Part shown: piece by piece, positions 8,762-18,587 of the stretch | Layout of the letters: each line of letters starts with the position of its first letter | How positions within the stretch are numbered: the first letter of the stretch is position 1 | From: a virus | IMG/VR virus record: IMGVR_UViG_3300020438_000021 | Coordinates: 1-64,000 of that record | Direction: 5' to 3' (one strand) | DNA length: 64,000 nt | Program-made: the position numbers and the translations under genes | Notes under the pieces: model-generated | Seen by the model: the letters and a program-made list of their open reading frames with translations, nothing else | Told to the model about the DNA's origin: nothing | The model's database searches: none

Positions 8762-10198
8762 TCAAAAGTTGATACCCATGACACCGGATACACTACGCCG
8801 AGTAGTAGTAGGTTCATCAAAGATGTCCAAGTCATCAAGTAAAACGAACTGCCCTCCTGTTCCTTGTGAAGCAGCATTGGCAAGTGCCAAACTCATAACC
8901 AAATCGTCATGTGCGCCAACGCCCTCGAACTTTCCACTAGCCGTAATTGAGAACATCGAGAGTTCTTCAATCAATGCACCAGTGAGTCTTCTACTTGCAT
9001 TGTCACCATAGGGCATTATTATCTTCTGATTCTCTATGTTCATTTGAAGGTTTAGTATTATCTCTTGCTTCTTCTTTCTAGTTGTATTGAAATCTCTGAC
9101 ATTCAAATCTGTCATGTTCTTCAATTCCTGTGTGAATGCCTTTGCGAATGTGTTGGTCTCAAACAGAATCTCCTCCGGCTCGAACACCTTTCCAATCAGA
9201 CGTATCTTTTGTATGTTCTCTCTAAACTCAATGTTCTTGGCTCTATCAACATGAACGATTGCTTTGTTCTTACTCTCGTCAACCTCTAGAACTGTGATAA
9301 CGTTGTAGTCCCCATCAGTCGAGATAGCAGGGTCAACACCAACATAATACTTGTATCCCTTCTCTTTCCTATTTCCTAATTTCAAAACATATTCCTTATT
9401 CTTACATTTCTCTATGAACTCAGGATTGAACAGAGCAGTTCCGGTAGATATAGGAACACACAAGTATTCTCTAGTAAACTTCAGAGAACCTATCTCTGCC
9501 TTTCTCTGCATAAGAGCATCATACGCCCAACGCTCAGGCCATAATGGTTCGTTCAAAGCATTGAGACATGGGTATTTCGTGACAGTATATGCTTCGTTCT
9601 CTTCCAACTGTGCGAAGATATCTGTATAAGTAAACGGAGTACCAATCATCCTGAGTTTGGAAGTGTGATGCAGAGTTGGAATCATGTCACCGAAGAACCA
9701 GTCAGTGACTCTCTGAATACCAGCGAGGCTAAACTCCTTCAAAGGGTCGTCAATGATAATCTCCTGTGGGTGAAGACCACGAATCTGAGAACCAACGGAA
9801 CGCTCTAGAATCGCATTACCATTGGTTAACTGAATATTCCCAATCGCCCATCCACGACTAGGCTTGAATTGTTTCAATGCTGGCAGGTTGAAGTATCTGT
9901 CAATCTCCCTCATGTGAACTAGAGTCTGTTTTTGGTTAGATGAGATGTAGAGCATTTGATATGGTGGCTCTTGAAAGACGAGATTCCAAACTACCCAACT
10001 GTGCATAAAGACGGATTTACCGTGGTCTCTGCTGCAAATTATAACTGTACGGTCAGTCTTGTCCATAGAGTCTAACCACTCTTTCATGTATTCAGGATAC
10101 ATCATACCGAGAACATTCTGAAAGAAATACGGGAATGAGTTTTTTGATATTTCCATATCCATACTAGATACGAAGTCTAGGTTATCTAGTTCAGTCAC
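8762..10198 (-). CDS. terL: terminase large subunit
   Basis: Walker A SRDHGKS, Walker B IIIDD, IGTP coupling motif, nuclease GVDPA...HDDLVMS; GTG start at 10198 behind GAGGTG. Confidence 0.93.
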   Translation of the reverse strand: MTELDNLDFVSSMDMEISKNSFPYFFQNVLGMMYPEYMKEWLDSMDKTDRTVIICSRDHGKSVFMHSWVVWNLVFQEPPYQMLYISSNQKQTLVHMREIDRYFNLPALKQFKPSRGWAIGNIQLTNGNAILERSVGSQIRGLHPQEIIIDDPLKEFSLAGIQRVTDWFFGDMIPTLHHTSKLRMIGTPFTYTDIFAQLEENEAYTVTKYPCLNALNEPLWPERWAYDALMQRKAEIGSLKFTREYLCVPISTGTALFNPEFIEKCKNKEYVLKLGNRKEKGYKYYVGVDPAISTDGDYNVITVLEVDESKNKAIVHVDRAKNIEFRENIQKIRLIGKVFEPEEILFETNTFAKAFTQELKNMTDLNVRDFNTTRKKKQEIILNLQMNIENQKIIMPYGDNASRRLTGALIEELSMFSITASGKFEGVGAHDDLVMSLALANAASQGTGGQFVLLDDLDIFDEPTTTRRSVSGVMGINF

Positions 10199-10683
10199 TA
10201 GAAAACACCTCTCATTAGGATGAATCTCCAACCTAAGTTCTTCTTGATTCCCCAATCATCACCATACCTCTGTCGAAACTTATCGACTAACTCTTCGGGT
10301 ATTCCCATCGAGTCATCAGTTTGGAATTTCAGATTTCTATGTAAACCGACCCACGTTTGCTGTGGTATTTTCGTAGACCTAAGCCCTAGAATCTTAGGCT
10401 TCCCTGCTAACTTGTCCATTCTGTATTGCAAAAGTGCCTTCCAATTTCCACCGCCTTTTGGTGCATTTCTATCTCTTGCCTTCAAACCGCCTAAGACACC
10501 ATACTCTCCTTTGTCACTATAACCAGCAACACCAACGACTTCACCATCGTTTGTTCTGATAACCCAATTATCCAAGTCATACCAAGAGGGAGCGTTTCTC
10601 ACAAATGGGTCATCAGGGTTATCCCTGTTCCACATGAAGAAGGCATCATCCTTCGACACTTCCTTGATTTGTATGTCTGCCAT
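10198..10683 (-). CDS. GNAT-like acetyltransferase; C-terminal GWRFILMR tag variant
   Basis: Start MADIQ at 10683; DGEVVGVAGY...LGGL...KGGGNWKALL resembles GNAT motif A. Confidence 0.55.
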   Translation of the reverse strand: MADIQIKEVSKDDAFFMWNRDNPDDPFVRNAPSWYDLDNWVIRTNDGEVVGVAGYSDKGEYGVLGGLKARDRNAPKGGGNWKALLQYRMDKLAGKPKILGLRSTKIPQQTWVGLHRNLKFQTDDSMGIPEELVDKFRQRYGDDWGIKKNLGWRFILMRGVF

Positions 10684-10687
10684 TCCC

Positions 10688-13639
10688 TCACCTGAAATTT
10701 GCTTTGAGGAAATAGACCCCCTCTTGTGGGATACCGTACTTTGTGCCAATGCTTTGCATAGAGTCAATCTCCTTCACTACTCTTTCTATTTCCATAGCAG
10801 TCATATCCACTTTGTACTTGTCATTCATAACATCAATCGCCTCTGACACGGCATCGTAGTTGTCTATGTTTGATATGCCGTAATAGACAGGCTTGCCCAT
10901 CATCTTCCTAATTTCATCATGTGCCTTCAGGAGAAGTGACTGTTCAACAGACTTGGTTATCTTCAGGTCTTTCTCTGCCTGTTGTATGTTTCCAATCATT
11001 GGCTCTGACCCTTTCACATTCTCTTTGTATTCGGGCTTGTTGACTATTAGGTGATTGAGTATTGACTCGAATGGATATAGTTTCTGTGATTCATATTCCT
11101 CAGACCACTCATTTGTCATCTTCTTAGTTCCTCCAATTCCAAAGTTCTGTGGCTTCAATTTAGCATCATCGAAAATATTGTGCAGAAAATTACCAAACTC
11201 GATGTTTACCATCTCTGACAATTCACCCTGAAATATGTCATCTACCGTATCAGCCAAGTTTATTGTTACCTTCATTAACTCAGTCTGCTTTGACCCGACA
11301 TTCAACCCAACCAATACTCTTGTGAAATCTCGCATCTCTTCGATTTGTGATAGGCTTAGTCTGAAGTCTGTGCTTTCCATTCTAAGAACATGTATGAATG
11401 GGCTGTCTTCCTTTGTTGTTTCTTGTGCTATATTCTCAATTGGCCGAGTTCCAAGTTTAACAACATAACCTAATTTCTCATCCGAAGGCTTGAACTTGCT
11501 TCTGCTTGGTTCGATGAAGAACTCAACAATACTGTCTATTAGATTCTCAAACTTAGTATGTATGTCGAGTGTTTTCAATTCTCTAAGGTGGGTGTTCCCT
11601 GCCCCTGCTCTAGCAAATGTGACTCTTGGTGAACGTGCTTCTCTGACAGTTTTACCCGCATCATCTTTCCTTTCCCTTTGACCAAGACCTACACTACCGC
11701 CCTTTGAACTCCTCTCGAAATCAGTACCATACTCAATGAACTCATTGACGAGTTTAAGATACTCAGATATCCTCTCATGCACATCGTCATCCTCTCCGCC
11801 CTTTATCTCCTTCATCAATGGAAGGTACAAATTGTCTAGAGAACCGACTTCCATTCTCTCAAGGTCTTTCGTATATCTGTCTAGAGCAGGTATCAAATCG
11901 CTTCTCTCTATTAGAACGAAACCAGTTTTCAACCTTCTCTTAATTTCATTTAGTTGCTTCTTCACAAGTGTTCCGGCACTCAATTCATCTGCCTCTCCTG
12001 TCTTTACAGCATAGGCATAAAGAGGGTCTACCTTAATCTTCATTAGATTGTTGACTTTATCCTTCAACTCATCTTCTTGGTCTTGGGCTTCCAATGATTG
12101 AACTAGTTCACCATATCTACTGACATCATCCTTGTATTCTTCCTCTTGCACGATGAAGTTCTGCTTTGGATATCTATTGATGTCCTTCAAGAAATTCTTG
12201 AATAGCACCACTGATTTGCTTTCTATATTATCGATGTCCTCAATCTCCATCCTATCATACAGGTCAATGTAGTTCAAGTCACTGGTTTTGACAGCCTTGA
12301 ACTCCTTGAAGAGTTTCTCCAACTCGCTTGCATATTCTGTTTCATCATCTAATTTGTCTATTGCATCCTTGAACTCTTTGTGTGATTTTTCAAACTCGCT
12401 AAACTTATCATTGATTGTACCCCAATATTCGTAAATCTCCTTTCTCCTTTTGATATCCTTAGTGTCGATTCTACCTATTATCTCAGAGCCTCTTAGTTCA
12501 GAGATTCGATATTGTCCTTCTCCCCTCTCTTTCTTGTCATCCAACTGCTTCAACATGTTCTTGAACGGAAGCATGATTGGAATCATGTATTCGGGTATCT
12601 CGGTGTCTAGGACTCGTATTGCGGTATCTGTCTTAATTTCAGAATCGAAGCCTAACCTTATGTTCTTCTCAACATAGTTGTTCCAAGCCCTATTCGTTCT
12701 ACCGACTTTTTTCTTTGGTGGGTATCTATCGAAGTAGAACTTGACAATCTTCTCATCGAGTTTCTCCCCTCTCTCTGTGAACATACTTAGTATGCTCAAT
12801 AGTTGTCGGTCTTTCTTCACTTCACTTATTATTTCAGCCCCGCTCAACCTGACTCTATCTGCATCAGTACCTTCTCTTATTATATCGAGACTTCTTGCAA
12901 CTAACTCCTCAAGCATTGGGGTCTTCTTAGTTGCTCTCAACATATCGAAGTTTGGAAACTTCTTCTCTATTTCCTCTTGAACATCTGCTGCTATTACCTG
13001 TGTCTTCTTTCTTTCACCATCTGCATTTAGAGACAACCTGCCTTGCAGGGATTTTCCTCGCATGATGGCTATGTCGCTTGCTTCCCTTGAGTTTGATTTC
13101 TCTTGTAGGAAAACGTAGAGGACATCATCAGGGAACTTCTTCATGTCCCTGAGTTTCAATTTCTCGGTAATCTTCTGCTTCGATGCAGGTCTAGCAGCGT
13201 TATCAGCATCCATGTCCTCTTTGATTTGGCTTACCATTTCCTCGTCTGAGTATTTCTTCGGGACTCTTTGTGTGCTTTCAACTATCTCTGCTAGATAGCC
13301 ATTCTCTGTTTGTTGTGATTTAGGTGTGCCTTTCGGTGCAGGAATAGGCATACCTGCTGCGTTCTTCTTTGGCTGCTTCTCCTTGACTTTCTTATCCTCG
13401 TATTCTTCTAGCCCTCTTGCTTGCATCTCACCGACCAGTTGCTCAGTCGTCATTTTCTCAGGGTCTTTCCTAGTCACGCCTGTCTTCTTCGGAGTGCCGT
13501 CCTCATTGAACGATGCCTTTGGTTTGTCATTAGGCCAAAAGTGTTCGGCGTTCAATCGATTCATGTATGCATCGAGTTCGTCTTCGCCTCCTTCCATCAG
13601 CGAGGCAAAGGCTCGATTGTAGTCTAATGGTGGTTTCAT
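10688..13639 (-). CDS. large hypothetical protein (983 aa), putative virion/internal protein
   Basis: Long ORF in the head module; no recognisable catalytic motif. Confidence 0.75.
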   Translation of the reverse strand: MKPPLDYNRAFASLMEGGEDELDAYMNRLNAEHFWPNDKPKASFNEDGTPKKTGVTRKDPEKMTTEQLVGEMQARGLEEYEDKKVKEKQPKKNAAGMPIPAPKGTPKSQQTENGYLAEIVESTQRVPKKYSDEEMVSQIKEDMDADNAARPASKQKITEKLKLRDMKKFPDDVLYVFLQEKSNSREASDIAIMRGKSLQGRLSLNADGERKKTQVIAADVQEEIEKKFPNFDMLRATKKTPMLEELVARSLDIIREGTDADRVRLSGAEIISEVKKDRQLLSILSMFTERGEKLDEKIVKFYFDRYPPKKKVGRTNRAWNNYVEKNIRLGFDSEIKTDTAIRVLDTEIPEYMIPIMLPFKNMLKQLDDKKERGEGQYRISELRGSEIIGRIDTKDIKRRKEIYEYWGTINDKFSEFEKSHKEFKDAIDKLDDETEYASELEKLFKEFKAVKTSDLNYIDLYDRMEIEDIDNIESKSVVLFKNFLKDINRYPKQNFIVQEEEYKDDVSRYGELVQSLEAQDQEDELKDKVNNLMKIKVDPLYAYAVKTGEADELSAGTLVKKQLNEIKRRLKTGFVLIERSDLIPALDRYTKDLERMEVGSLDNLYLPLMKEIKGGEDDDVHERISEYLKLVNEFIEYGTDFERSSKGGSVGLGQRERKDDAGKTVREARSPRVTFARAGAGNTHLRELKTLDIHTKFENLIDSIVEFFIEPSRSKFKPSDEKLGYVVKLGTRPIENIAQETTKEDSPFIHVLRMESTDFRLSLSQIEEMRDFTRVLVGLNVGSKQTELMKVTINLADTVDDIFQGELSEMVNIEFGNFLHNIFDDAKLKPQNFGIGGTKKMTNEWSEEYESQKLYPFESILNHLIVNKPEYKENVKGSEPMIGNIQQAEKDLKITKSVEQSLLLKAHDEIRKMMGKPVYYGISNIDNYDAVSEAIDVMNDKYKVDMTAMEIERVVKEIDSMQSIGTKYGIPQEGVYFLKANFR

Positions 13640-15492
13640 TCTCTAACCCCCTGTGATATCTGAATCCAAATAGCAGGTTCTACAAACCCGCCTTCGGGAC
13701 TAGGTATCTTGATTCCCATTGCCTTGCCCTCTGCACTTATGTCCTTCATTCTATCCTTCACACCATCGAGGAAAGCCTTCCTTATCTTGGGATAGTGTTC
13801 AATCACCCTTTCCCTGAATTGTTGAGAAGTAATTTTACCCTCTTCCAAATCATACTCGTCTTCCTGTATTTCACCTGCGTTATACAGAACACCTAACTTG
13901 TCTAACGTAGTAACAATGTGCTGAAGTGTCCCGTTGTTTTCATCGGGAGTCATTGAGTTGTCTACTGCTTCCCCACGAATGACATCTTCAAGTGCAGACC
14001 AAGCATCCACCTTCTCACTCTCAAAGTATGTGAGTTTGGCCTTATCTGCTGAGAGTGCTTGCATCGTATTATCCGAACGCCTTACCCTCATGTTCCCAAG
14101 AGCCTCGATAACATCATCAATGTCGCCTATCTCATCTTCAACATCATTGATTGATTTGAACGAGTCATCGATGCCCAGTTTCTTTATCGCTGCCATGAAC
14201 TGTCTTGCAGATTCATCATCTAATGCCTCGACTATCTCATCTCTTATTTCTTCAGTCATGGGATTTCCCTTGTCATCGGACATCGCTTCCTCGAACTCCG
14301 CATTGGCATCTTCATCTGCTCTTATATCTGCGAACATCTGTTTCTTTGCTCTATTACCCTTTCTTGAGATATCCTGCCATTTCTTCGGAGATGTGTCAGA
14401 TGTGACTCTGATTCTTTCTTCTCTCTGTTCAGGGGTTTCGTTCTTCCTACCGAAGAATGCTTCGATGTCTTCTTTGTACTTGTCATAGATTACACTGATA
14501 TTCGGACCAGTTACGATTTCATTGATTATTTTCTTCAGTCCTCTGTCTTCTACGATGTTACGCTTCTTGTAACTCGTTGGGATTGCTGACTGATTCAACG
14601 CCTCATTGTTTAGTATGAACTCCAATGCAGGTGATATAGCCTTAGTTGCAAATATGTATTTTACAAGCCCACTCATGCTAGAGTTGGTAGTGTCATAAAG
14701 AAATGCCAACTTCTTGTTGGAATTAGCGACATTCATTATCTTCTTGATGTAGTCAATAACTATGCTATCACTTATGCTTGTCCTAATCTCCACTTGAGGG
14801 ACTCCACCTATCTTCAGGATTTTCTTTATCTTCGCTATCTCAGGATACTTATCCTCGGAGTCAGATAACAATGCCCTTCTAAGGCTCTTGTTAGCCTGTA
14901 TGAAATTTCTTGCTCTTTGATTTCTAGCATCTTGTTTTCCAGCATACTTATTTTTTCCTCTGCCTTCTAGGACTTCTAGAAGTTCTGCATATTTTTTGTT
15001 CTCTATGAAACTCTTGATGTCCCTGTCTAAGTTTCCTCTCCTGTTAGTTGCACTGGTTTTCTTCGGTGTTATGTTACTCAGTCTTTCGATGATAGCATCA
15101 ACGTTAGGAAAGATATCGGTATCCCTCAACTTGAAGTCTGTTCCTCTAATGTTTACAGTTTCACCTTGGAGGAGTCTTCTTGCTTTCTGAGCGGTTTGAA
15201 CTTGGGCGGAACTCAATCCATCTTTCGTATACTCTTCCCAACTATCTTCTTTCGAGGCTGCTTGCCAAATCTTGAATGTCGGTGTGTTCGGTTTCACTGG
15301 AAAGTCCTTGACTTCCTGCTTTCCAAAATCGAAGAGGTTTGCATCCTTCGTCTTAGCAGATTCTTTCTCCCTGCGAAGTTTCTCATCTCTTTTTCGATGA
15401 AACTTCTTTCTCTCTTCGTTGTAGCCCATAACTTGAGGCTTCACCTTCTTTGGCTCGATTTTTTCTTCCTTAAGAACGTCTTGCCAACTCAT
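13636..15492 (-). CDS. tagged large protein (MSWQDVLK), 618 aa
   Basis: ORF track; ATGA overlaps on both sides. Confidence 0.78.
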   Translation of the reverse strand: MSWQDVLKEEKIEPKKVKPQVMGYNEERKKFHRKRDEKLRREKESAKTKDANLFDFGKQEVKDFPVKPNTPTFKIWQAASKEDSWEEYTKDGLSSAQVQTAQKARRLLQGETVNIRGTDFKLRDTDIFPNVDAIIERLSNITPKKTSATNRRGNLDRDIKSFIENKKYAELLEVLEGRGKNKYAGKQDARNQRARNFIQANKSLRRALLSDSEDKYPEIAKIKKILKIGGVPQVEIRTSISDSIVIDYIKKIMNVANSNKKLAFLYDTTNSSMSGLVKYIFATKAISPALEFILNNEALNQSAIPTSYKKRNIVEDRGLKKIINEIVTGPNISVIYDKYKEDIEAFFGRKNETPEQREERIRVTSDTSPKKWQDISRKGNRAKKQMFADIRADEDANAEFEEAMSDDKGNPMTEEIRDEIVEALDDESARQFMAAIKKLGIDDSFKSINDVEDEIGDIDDVIEALGNMRVRRSDNTMQALSADKAKLTYFESEKVDAWSALEDVIRGEAVDNSMTPDENNGTLQHIVTTLDKLGVLYNAGEIQEDEYDLEEGKITSQQFRERVIEHYPKIRKAFLDGVKDRMKDISAEGKAMGIKIPSPEGGFVEPAIWIQISQGVRE

Positions 15493-15785
15493 GCTGGTTT
15501 CCTCCTTAACATTCTAACGTGAGTCATAGGTGTGACTGGTTCTCTTATTCTATCGAACCTTTGAACATCTTTGCCTCCAAAACCCATTGCACCGATTATA
15601 TCATACGCTATTCGTATGGCATTATCAAAATCATATCCATTCACCATAGCATTGATTAGATATTCTTCATGCTTGCCTGAGTCTTTGTACTTCTTTTGTT
15701 CAGCAAGAAGTGTGTTTCTGTCCATATTTCTAAATGGCTCAAGTTTACTGCGAGGAACTCTTTTTAGAACATCAAACCAACTCAT
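15489..15785 (-). CDS. tagged protein (MSWFDVLK)
   Basis: ORF track; GGTGA RBS. Confidence 0.72.
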   Translation of the reverse strand: MSWFDVLKRVPRSKLEPFRNMDRNTLLAEQKKYKDSGKHEEYLINAMVNGYDFDNAIRIAYDIIGAMGFGGKDVQRFDRIREPVTPMTHVRMLRRKPA

Positions 15786-15792
15786 TGCATCT

Positions 15793-16011
15793 TCACCTCA
15801 ACTTGAATAAATCCATTTCCTTGATTTTTTGTAGAGCCTCTCTAACATCGCTAACATGGTCAGGATTAGTCATGTCCTTTCTCTTTGGTATTTCTTCATG
15901 AGCCATATCTTTCAATGTATCAACAATATCATCAAACTCAAATGCTAAATCTTGCAATTGAAGATGTGTGTCTCTTAGTTGAACACTCTTCACTATATCT
16001 TTCCAACTCAT
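15793..16011 (-). CDS. tagged protein (MSWKDIVK)
   Basis: Start reassigned to ATG 16011, overlapping the upstream stop. Confidence 0.7.
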   Translation of the reverse strand: MSWKDIVKSVQLRDTHLQLQDLAFEFDDIVDTLKDMAHEEIPKRKDMTNPDHVSDVREALQKIKEMDLFKLR

Positions 16012-16664
16012 TGTAACTTCTCCTGCATCTTGTCCCTGACATCCAACCAAACTTCAGGATGGTTCTGTGCTAGAACCTCCTTGATGACTTGCATCTGATG
16101 AACGATGATAGTGTCTTGCCTCTTATGCACCAGTTTGCCCTTGAATTCTAACAAATACTTCAACGATTCACGAACTTCCTTCGCTAATTTAGTCAATGAG
16201 TCGATATATTTCGGGTCTGTTGAGTCTTCAGCAAAAAGTGTATCAATTTTTTGCTCCAATCTCTGAACGTTGACGCTCAAAGTCTCAATTTCGTCAACTT
16301 CCCTCGCAGCAATCATGTTTGCAGCAGATTGTTGGACGATTGGCTGAAGATGTTTCTCCATATGACGCATGACTTGAACATCTGAGCATCCAACCATCTC
16401 TCCAACATCAGAAGGAGTGATATTTCCGGCATGAAGTTGTGATTCTATCTCTGCTCTCATTGGATTAGAGCAAATATTGCAACTTGGATTTGCAGAATCG
16501 ACATATCCGCCCATGTGATTCCTCTGATGCTTCGCTGTTGTGCCGCTTTTCCAGTTCATCTGTTGGTCGAGAGCGTCTGCTGTGTAATTCCATGCTTCTA
16601 AATCAGCCTCAAGTTGAGTTCTATCCTCATGCATACACAAAGGACAACGCTTTCTCGTAATCAT
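16008..16664 (-). CDS. tandem CxxC...HxxxH Zn/HTH protein, terminase small subunit candidate
   Basis: Two repeats (CPLC..HQRNH, CNIC..HMEKH) plus a C-terminal coiled coil; upstream of TerL in the same operon. Confidence 0.55.
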   Translation of the reverse strand: MITRKRCPLCMHEDRTQLEADLEAWNYTADALDQQMNWKSGTTAKHQRNHMGGYVDSANPSCNICSNPMRAEIESQLHAGNITPSDVGEMVGCSDVQVMRHMEKHLQPIVQQSAANMIAAREVDEIETLSVNVQRLEQKIDTLFAEDSTDPKYIDSLTKLAKEVRESLKYLLEFKGKLVHKRQDTIIVHQMQVIKEVLAQNHPEVWLDVRDKMQEKLQ

Positions 16665-16668
16665 TCAC

Positions 16669-16758
16669 TCATCTCTCACAAATTGTAAAGCAGTATGGGC
16701 AACAACTCGATATTGCCATATCATCTTCTTCCACTCTTCCCAATCCTCTACATCTCAT
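16669..16758 (-). CDS. 29-aa Cys-rich micro-ORF (MRCRG...CCPYCFTICER)
   Basis: Translated by hand; fills the gap between adjacent genes. Confidence 0.4.
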   Translation of the reverse strand: MRCRGLGRVEEDDMAISSCCPYCFTICER

Positions 16759-17829
16759 TTACTGCACCATCTTTACTATATGTCTCCAATCGGAAAAATC
16801 CTGCTTTTCTACCTTCTCTTCTGTTTTCTTATTCTTGAAACCAGCGATTTCTGCCATGTTGTTAAGTTGCCTTACTGAAATCTTCAGGTAGACTTCCTCT
16901 AAGTCAACCTTGAAGTCGGTTTGTAGCCACGCCTGTATTTTACTAGACTCATCATCGTTCAACGGGAGTTTAGTATTCAGGATTTCTCGCTGTAATTTCT
17001 TAGCATTGATGTTTCCTGTGCGATAGACGTAGGAAGGATTGTTGATTTTACTATCGAACCAAGTCTTGAAAGTAGGGATGTTCTCATAAACCCACTTTGC
17101 TGCCGCTCCTCGCATCTTAGGATTCTTGATAGTCAAATTGAATGGATTCCTTCTAGTGTTGTATGCCTTCGCCTTTCCACTTTCAAAGGATGATAGAACA
17201 TCATTACAAATCATAAGGAGACTAGGGTGTTTGAAATCTTCTCCCTGCTCTTCTGCGAAAAGTGCTTGCCAAACTGGAACTTCCGCCTTTCCGGGTTCTG
17301 TTGCAATCCAATTGTCAGGTGCTTGCTCATATGTTCTATCCTTGAATTTCTTCTGATAGTTAACGAACTTCCTCGTTCGGTAATCACCATAAACATCCAA
17401 TGGTGCTAGAACCTTGCCCTTTCTATCATAACTAGCAATGCTGTTGTACTTGATATTCTGCGGGTTTAACTTTGAATTTTCATTATTGTTGCTTTCTAGA
17501 TAATCACGCAATGCCTTAACTGCGGTCAATTGCTCAGAAGTATAGGACTCTTGACTTCCAGCATTTGCTGCTTTATCGATATATTCCTGCGCTGGTGCTT
17601 TGACATCTTGAGTCTCACCCTTCGAGTTCTTCCTAGATTTAACTCCCATGTTCTTGACGAACTCCAAGATGGTTTGCGGCATTTTAGGAATGCTCTTGCC
17701 AGCCTCTTTAGTCCAAGATGTTAGTAAGGCAGAGAAATCAGGAACTTCTTCGGGTAATTCTACTTCCAATCCGGGTGCTAGTTCGGCGGTCTGCGTCTTC
17801 TTCTTTACTGGTTTTTTTCCGCTTACCAC
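16759..17829 (-). CDS. hypothetical protein with C-terminal tag (DWRHIVK)
   Basis: 356-aa ORF; GGAGG RBS. Confidence 0.75.
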   Translation of the reverse strand: MVSGKKPVKKKTQTAELAPGLEVELPEEVPDFSALLTSWTKEAGKSIPKMPQTILEFVKNMGVKSRKNSKGETQDVKAPAQEYIDKAANAGSQESYTSEQLTAVKALRDYLESNNNENSKLNPQNIKYNSIASYDRKGKVLAPLDVYGDYRTRKFVNYQKKFKDRTYEQAPDNWIATEPGKAEVPVWQALFAEEQGEDFKHPSLLMICNDVLSSFESGKAKAYNTRRNPFNLTIKNPKMRGAAAKWVYENIPTFKTWFDSKINNPSYVYRTGNINAKKLQREILNTKLPLNDDESSKIQAWLQTDFKVDLEEVYLKISVRQLNNMAEIAGFKNKKTEEKVEKQDFSDWRHIVKMVQ

Positions 17830-17947
17830 GCTTCTTTCCTCCCCCGTAACTTATGTTGAATAATGACTCTGTTCCGCCGGAAGTTGTGGTAACTGCACCA
17901 GCACTTCTTAGGATATTAAACCAAGAAGACTCTGATACTGATGACAC
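17738..17947 (-). CDS. small tagged basic protein (SSWFNILR...AGAVTTTS)
   Basis: GGAGGT RBS; 3' end overlaps the next gene. Confidence 0.55.
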   Translation of the reverse strand: MSSVSESSWFNILRSAGAVTTTSGGTESLFNISYGGGKKRGKRKKTSKEEDADRRTSTRIGSRITRRSS

Positions 17948-18012
17948 AACCTGAACCTCCTGAATATACCGTGGACAATAAACATTGTTCTAAAATCGTT
18001 TGGTTGACGAAT

Positions 18013-18561
18013 TTAGAATTGGCCCTGTACGGCACTCGACTGAGGCTTGTCTTCAATGAATTGTCTTGCTCTGTCATCCTTGAATCTAGTCATTGGATTG
18101 ACTCTCCTTCCACCTCTCCTAAGTCTGTTCATGAAACCGCCTCTTTGTTCCCTTGCTTGGAATTGTCTTGGGTCAGTCATTTTCTTTCCTCCATATGTTG
18201 AAGTCTTAGGAATGCTAACAGTCATATCCTTGCCCATGAAAGAGCCTTTCGCTTTATATCCTGCCTTTTTGAAAACCTGCTGCAACTTTGCCTTGATTCT
18301 ATTTGGGTCTCCTCCTAACCTTCTGATTTGGTCTCGACCAACAACAAACGTGTCTCCTTGAGGGCCACTGTTAGCAGAGTTGTTGTCAACCCTCAACTTG
18401 AACACTGGAAGTTGACCCTGTTTTAGATTACCAACGATATTTTCAACGAATGGGGTTATCTGCTGCTCTTGGAACACTTCAATTTCCTGATTTATCTTCT
18501 GCTCGTTACCCGCTACACCAAACTTAGGAACAATCTTGAGAACCTCTGTCCAATCACTCAT
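18013..18561 (-). CDS. tagged protein (MSDWTEVLK)
   Basis: Start reassigned to ATG 18561. Confidence 0.72.
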   Translation of the reverse strand: MSDWTEVLKIVPKFGVAGNEQKINQEIEVFQEQQITPFVENIVGNLKQGQLPVFKLRVDNNSANSGPQGDTFVVGRDQIRRLGGDPNRIKAKLQQVFKKAGYKAKGSFMGKDMTVSIPKTSTYGGKKMTDPRQFQAREQRGGFMNRLRRGGRRVNPMTRFKDDRARQFIEDKPQSSAVQGQF

Positions 18562-18587
18562 CGTTAATCCCATACCACCCAAGTTAA